Assembly: GCA_040767105.1 (NCBI GenBank)
Contig: JAXGPE010000007.1
Location: forward strand, 2,465 to 66,464
Origin: Peptococcaceae bacterium
GTDB lineage: Bacteria > Bacillota > Peptococcia > DRI-13 > PHAD01
Length of the DNA stretch: 64,000 nucleotides
Direction of reading: 5' to 3'
Shown: in pieces, positions 61,659 to 64,000 of the stretch
Position numbering within the stretch: the first letter of the stretch is position 1
Layout of the letters: each line of letters starts with the position of its first letter
Notes under the pieces: model-generated
What the model saw: the letters and a program-made list of their open reading frames with translations, nothing else
Told to the model about the DNA's origin: nothing
Databases searched by the model: none
Made by a program: the position numbers and the translations under genes

Positions 61659-62918
61659 TTATAAAGGCACTCTGATCCCGGCCATCTTGAATTTCAATGT
61701 ATTAATCACTCTGTTTTCTGTTCTTGATAGTTCACCGCATAATGATCCCTCAACAGACTCATCGTTTTCTCTAAATATGAACAGCGGATTTAATTCTATT
61801 TCTCCTTCTTTAAGATTTAGTAGTTCGCTGATTTCAATTACCCTCCTCGATTTATCACGTAATCTTGCCAAATGAACAATTATGTCTAATGCAGAGGAAA
61901 TCTGATGTCTTATTGCTGTTAATGGTAATGATGCACCAATCAATGCCATCGTTTCCAGCCTGCGAAGCATATCTGATGCGGAATTTGCATGACCTGTCGA
62001 AAATGAACCAGCATGTCCGGTATTCATTGCCTGAAGCATATCCAGTGCTTCCGCTCCACGAACCTCTCCGACTATGATCCGATCAGGTCTCAAGCGTAAA
62101 GACATTTTTATCAGATCTCTTGTATTGATATCACCCTTGCCCTGAGAATTAGCACTTCTGGTTTCAGTGCTGACAACATTTTTTATTTTTTCAAGATTAA
62201 GTTCTGCGGAATCCTCAATTGTGACGACCCTTTCATCTTGTGCTATTTCCGCTGCTAGAGCATTTAAAAATGTGGTTTTCCCTGAACCAGTGCCTCCACA
62301 AATGAATATGTTATACCTTGCCTTGACCATCTTGCTCAGAACATCTGCTGCTTCGGCACTTAAGGTATTTTTGTCAACAAGCTCACTAAGTTCAAGCGGA
62401 TGTGCAGGAAATTTTCTAATAGACATTATCGGTCCGGATAATGAGATCGGAGGGAGTATAACGCTGACTCGAGAACCATCTGGTAATCGTGCATCAACAA
62501 GCGGTGATGTTTCATTTACTGTTCGGTTAACTTTTGATACGATCCCCTGGATCATATCTTCTAGTTTTTCTTCGCTTTCAACCTGGATGTCTGTCTCTGA
62601 AATACTACCTGCTCTTTCAACAAAGATGCGTTTAGTTCCATTGACCATTATTTCTGTTATTTCTTCATCGTCGATTAATGGCTGAAGAACACCCAGTCTG
62701 CGCATATCATTAAATATGATTTTTATTAACGCTCTTTTTTCATGAACACTCAAATACAAATTTTTTGATTTATCAAGAACGATCTTGGTTATTAGCTCCT
62801 CGATCTGCTGATCTGAACTCTCATTTCGGAAATCAACACTTTCGCTGATCATCGTTTTTAACTCGGCAACAATATTGCCATCAAAGACTTCAGTCAACAC
62901 CGATAAATATCCCTGCAA
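61659..62918 (-). CDS. cpaF: CpaF/TadA pilus assembly ATPase
   Basis: ITEIMVNG, VDARLPDGSR, GGTGSGKTT, IEDSAEL, LRLRPDRIIVGEVRG, AMNTGH. Confidence 0.95.
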   Translation of the reverse strand: MQGYLSVLTEVFDGNIVAELKTMISESVDFRNESSDQQIEELITKIVLDKSKNLYLSVHEKRALIKIIFNDMRRLGVLQPLIDDEEITEIMVNGTKRIFVERAGSISETDIQVESEEKLEDMIQGIVSKVNRTVNETSPLVDARLPDGSRVSVILPPISLSGPIMSIRKFPAHPLELSELVDKNTLSAEAADVLSKMVKARYNIFICGGTGSGKTTFLNALAAEIAQDERVVTIEDSAELNLEKIKNVVSTETRSANSQGKGDINTRDLIKMSLRLRPDRIIVGEVRGAEALDMLQAMNTGHAGSFSTGHANSASDMLRRLETMALIGASLPLTAIRHQISSALDIIVHLARLRDKSRRVIEISELLNLKEGEIELNPLFIFRENDESVEGSLCGELSRTENRVINTLKFKMAGIRVPL

Positions 62919-64000
62919 ATTTCATAGACTGATGTGCCAAAAGATCCTTCCAATATCGCAGGCTTAATATCTTTATCTTTTTGGGGTAAATTTTCTTGAT
63001 ATGATATGGTGTAAAAAGTTTTTGCGGACAACATATCACTTTTAGGTGTTTCGTTCATGCTTTTTCTTTTATTGTTAATAAGTTTGATTTTATGCGCTAA
63101 TTTGATTTTTCTATTTTCTTCGATCGACAAAAACTCTTTCAGGAGTATTTCTGTTTTCCTTTGGCTAATATAATCATCTCCATATATTAAAAATATATCG
63201 TCACAGAGTGGCAATAAAGACATATGCCTTTTACTAAATCCAGCTGAAAAATCTATTGCTATAAACCTATACCCACATTGATTTAGCAGATTTAGCAGAA
63301 ATATGTTCCCCTCGCATTTAAAATCACATTGCAAATCGATAAGATGTTCTGGACTTTTAAAATAATTCACCTTACTCACTGGGTCTTCTGTTATAGCTTG
63401 TTTGATTTTCTCCGGGACCCACAACTCCTTTTCCCCACTGAGATAATAGAAAATATCGGCACTGCTCTTGTCTGATCTGCCAGAAAAAAACATTTCAGGA
63501 GTAGGGACATTTTCCATGTTTAAATAAAATGTTCTTCTTCCCTCTAATGAAGCTTGAAGGCTCAATCCGACAGCTAATGTCGTCTTGCCTGTCCCACCCG
63601 CTCCAGAACAAAATGCAGCTGATTTAAAGGCTGTATCATCAATACTATTTGGAGATGTTTCAGACAAGCTATATGGTAGATACAGAAAAATTTTTGCCAA
63701 TATCTCACTTGGTTTGCCGTATTTAAAGATACATTCTCTTCCTTTTACAGCCGTATATTTTTCTTCAGCTAAAATAAGCAGAAAGTCTTGTGTGTTCTGC
63801 CAATCCTTTTCCACAAATATTTTTTCATTGATTAGGATTATTCTTTTATGCCTTTCACAATTTTTGTATTCAATAAAATCATTTATGTCATAAATAACCG
63901 AAACGTCGATCCCAAACTTGCTATTTATGGAAATGTAGTCTGCAATGCTTCTACAGTAATTGACATCTTCATCGATTATAATTATCCTGATTCTATTCTC
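62894..64000 (-). CDS. CpaE/TadZ-like ParA-family ATPase with a degenerate receiver-like N-terminus; 5' end beyond window
   Basis: Frame open to the window end (RIIIIDEDVNYCRSIADY), IFKY, GAGGTGKTT, YLNME. Confidence 0.8.
   Translation of the reverse strand, partial: ENRIRIIIIDEDVNYCRSIADYISINSKFGIDVSVIYDINDFIEYKNCERHKRIILINEKIFVEKDWQNTQDFLLILAEEKYTAVKGRECIFKYGKPSEILAKIFLYLPYSLSETSPNSIDDTAFKSAAFCSGAGGTGKTTLAVGLSLQASLEGRRTFYLNMENVPTPEMFFSGRSDKSSADIFYYLSGEKELWVPEKIKQAITEDPVSKVNYFKSPEHLIDLQCDFKCEGNIFLLNLLNQCGYRFIAIDFSAGFSKRHMSLLPLCDDIFLIYGDDYISQRKTEILLKEFLSIEENRKIKLAHKIKLINNKRKSMNETPKSDMLSAKTFYTISYQENLPQKDKDIKPAILEGSFGTSVYEICRDIYRC

Noticed and set aside
1-64000. Numerous 60-170 aa antisense ORFs in the ORF track
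   Set aside because: They shadow well-supported genes on the opposite strand and show no motifs or RBS.
1-64000. CRISPR array, prophage or anti-phage defence locus
   Set aside because: No regularly spaced repeats, cas genes, phage structural genes or recognisable defence genes seen. The small GIY-YIG-like ORF is solitary.

Overview
Chromosomal segment of a low-GC Firmicute (Clostridia/Peptococcaceae-like gene order). Single-base frameshifts are pervasive, including in essential genes (thrS, rplT, pheT), and are densest at about 25.8-30.3 kb. They most likely reflect uncorrected long-read consensus error, so split ORFs are reported as single genes. Contents in order: PBP1A 3' part; zapA-NIF3-like-U32-mutS2 block with an IS6-family element (8-9 bp target duplication) just upstream of zapA; pheST and thrS with T-boxes; rpmI-rplT with an infC whose 5' half is replaced by an IS remnant; a sigma54-controlled 4-hydroxybutyrate operon; tRNA-Val(GAC) back-to-back with a separately promoted, non-canonical tRNA-His-like RNA; a ~16 kb Pel-like polysaccharide operon; DegV; a TPP-riboswitch thiamine-precursor ABC transporter; aroF-pheA under a T-box with a duplicated antiterminator; several regulators and enzymes; and a clostridial Tad/Flp pilus locus. 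The best candidate for an undescribed system is the Pel-like operon. It combines a PelF-like GT4 fused to TPRs, two DivIVA-like coiled-coil proteins, a PelG-like membrane protein, a GT2/DUF2304/flippase/2x GT-C lipid-carrier glycosylation module, an ATP-grasp ligase, a deacetylase and a GH114/PelA-like hydrolase. In place of PelD it has a membrane-anchored, catalytically degenerate HD-GYP protein with a Cys-rich two-CW tail. Family assignments come from motif recognition only; no database searches were run.
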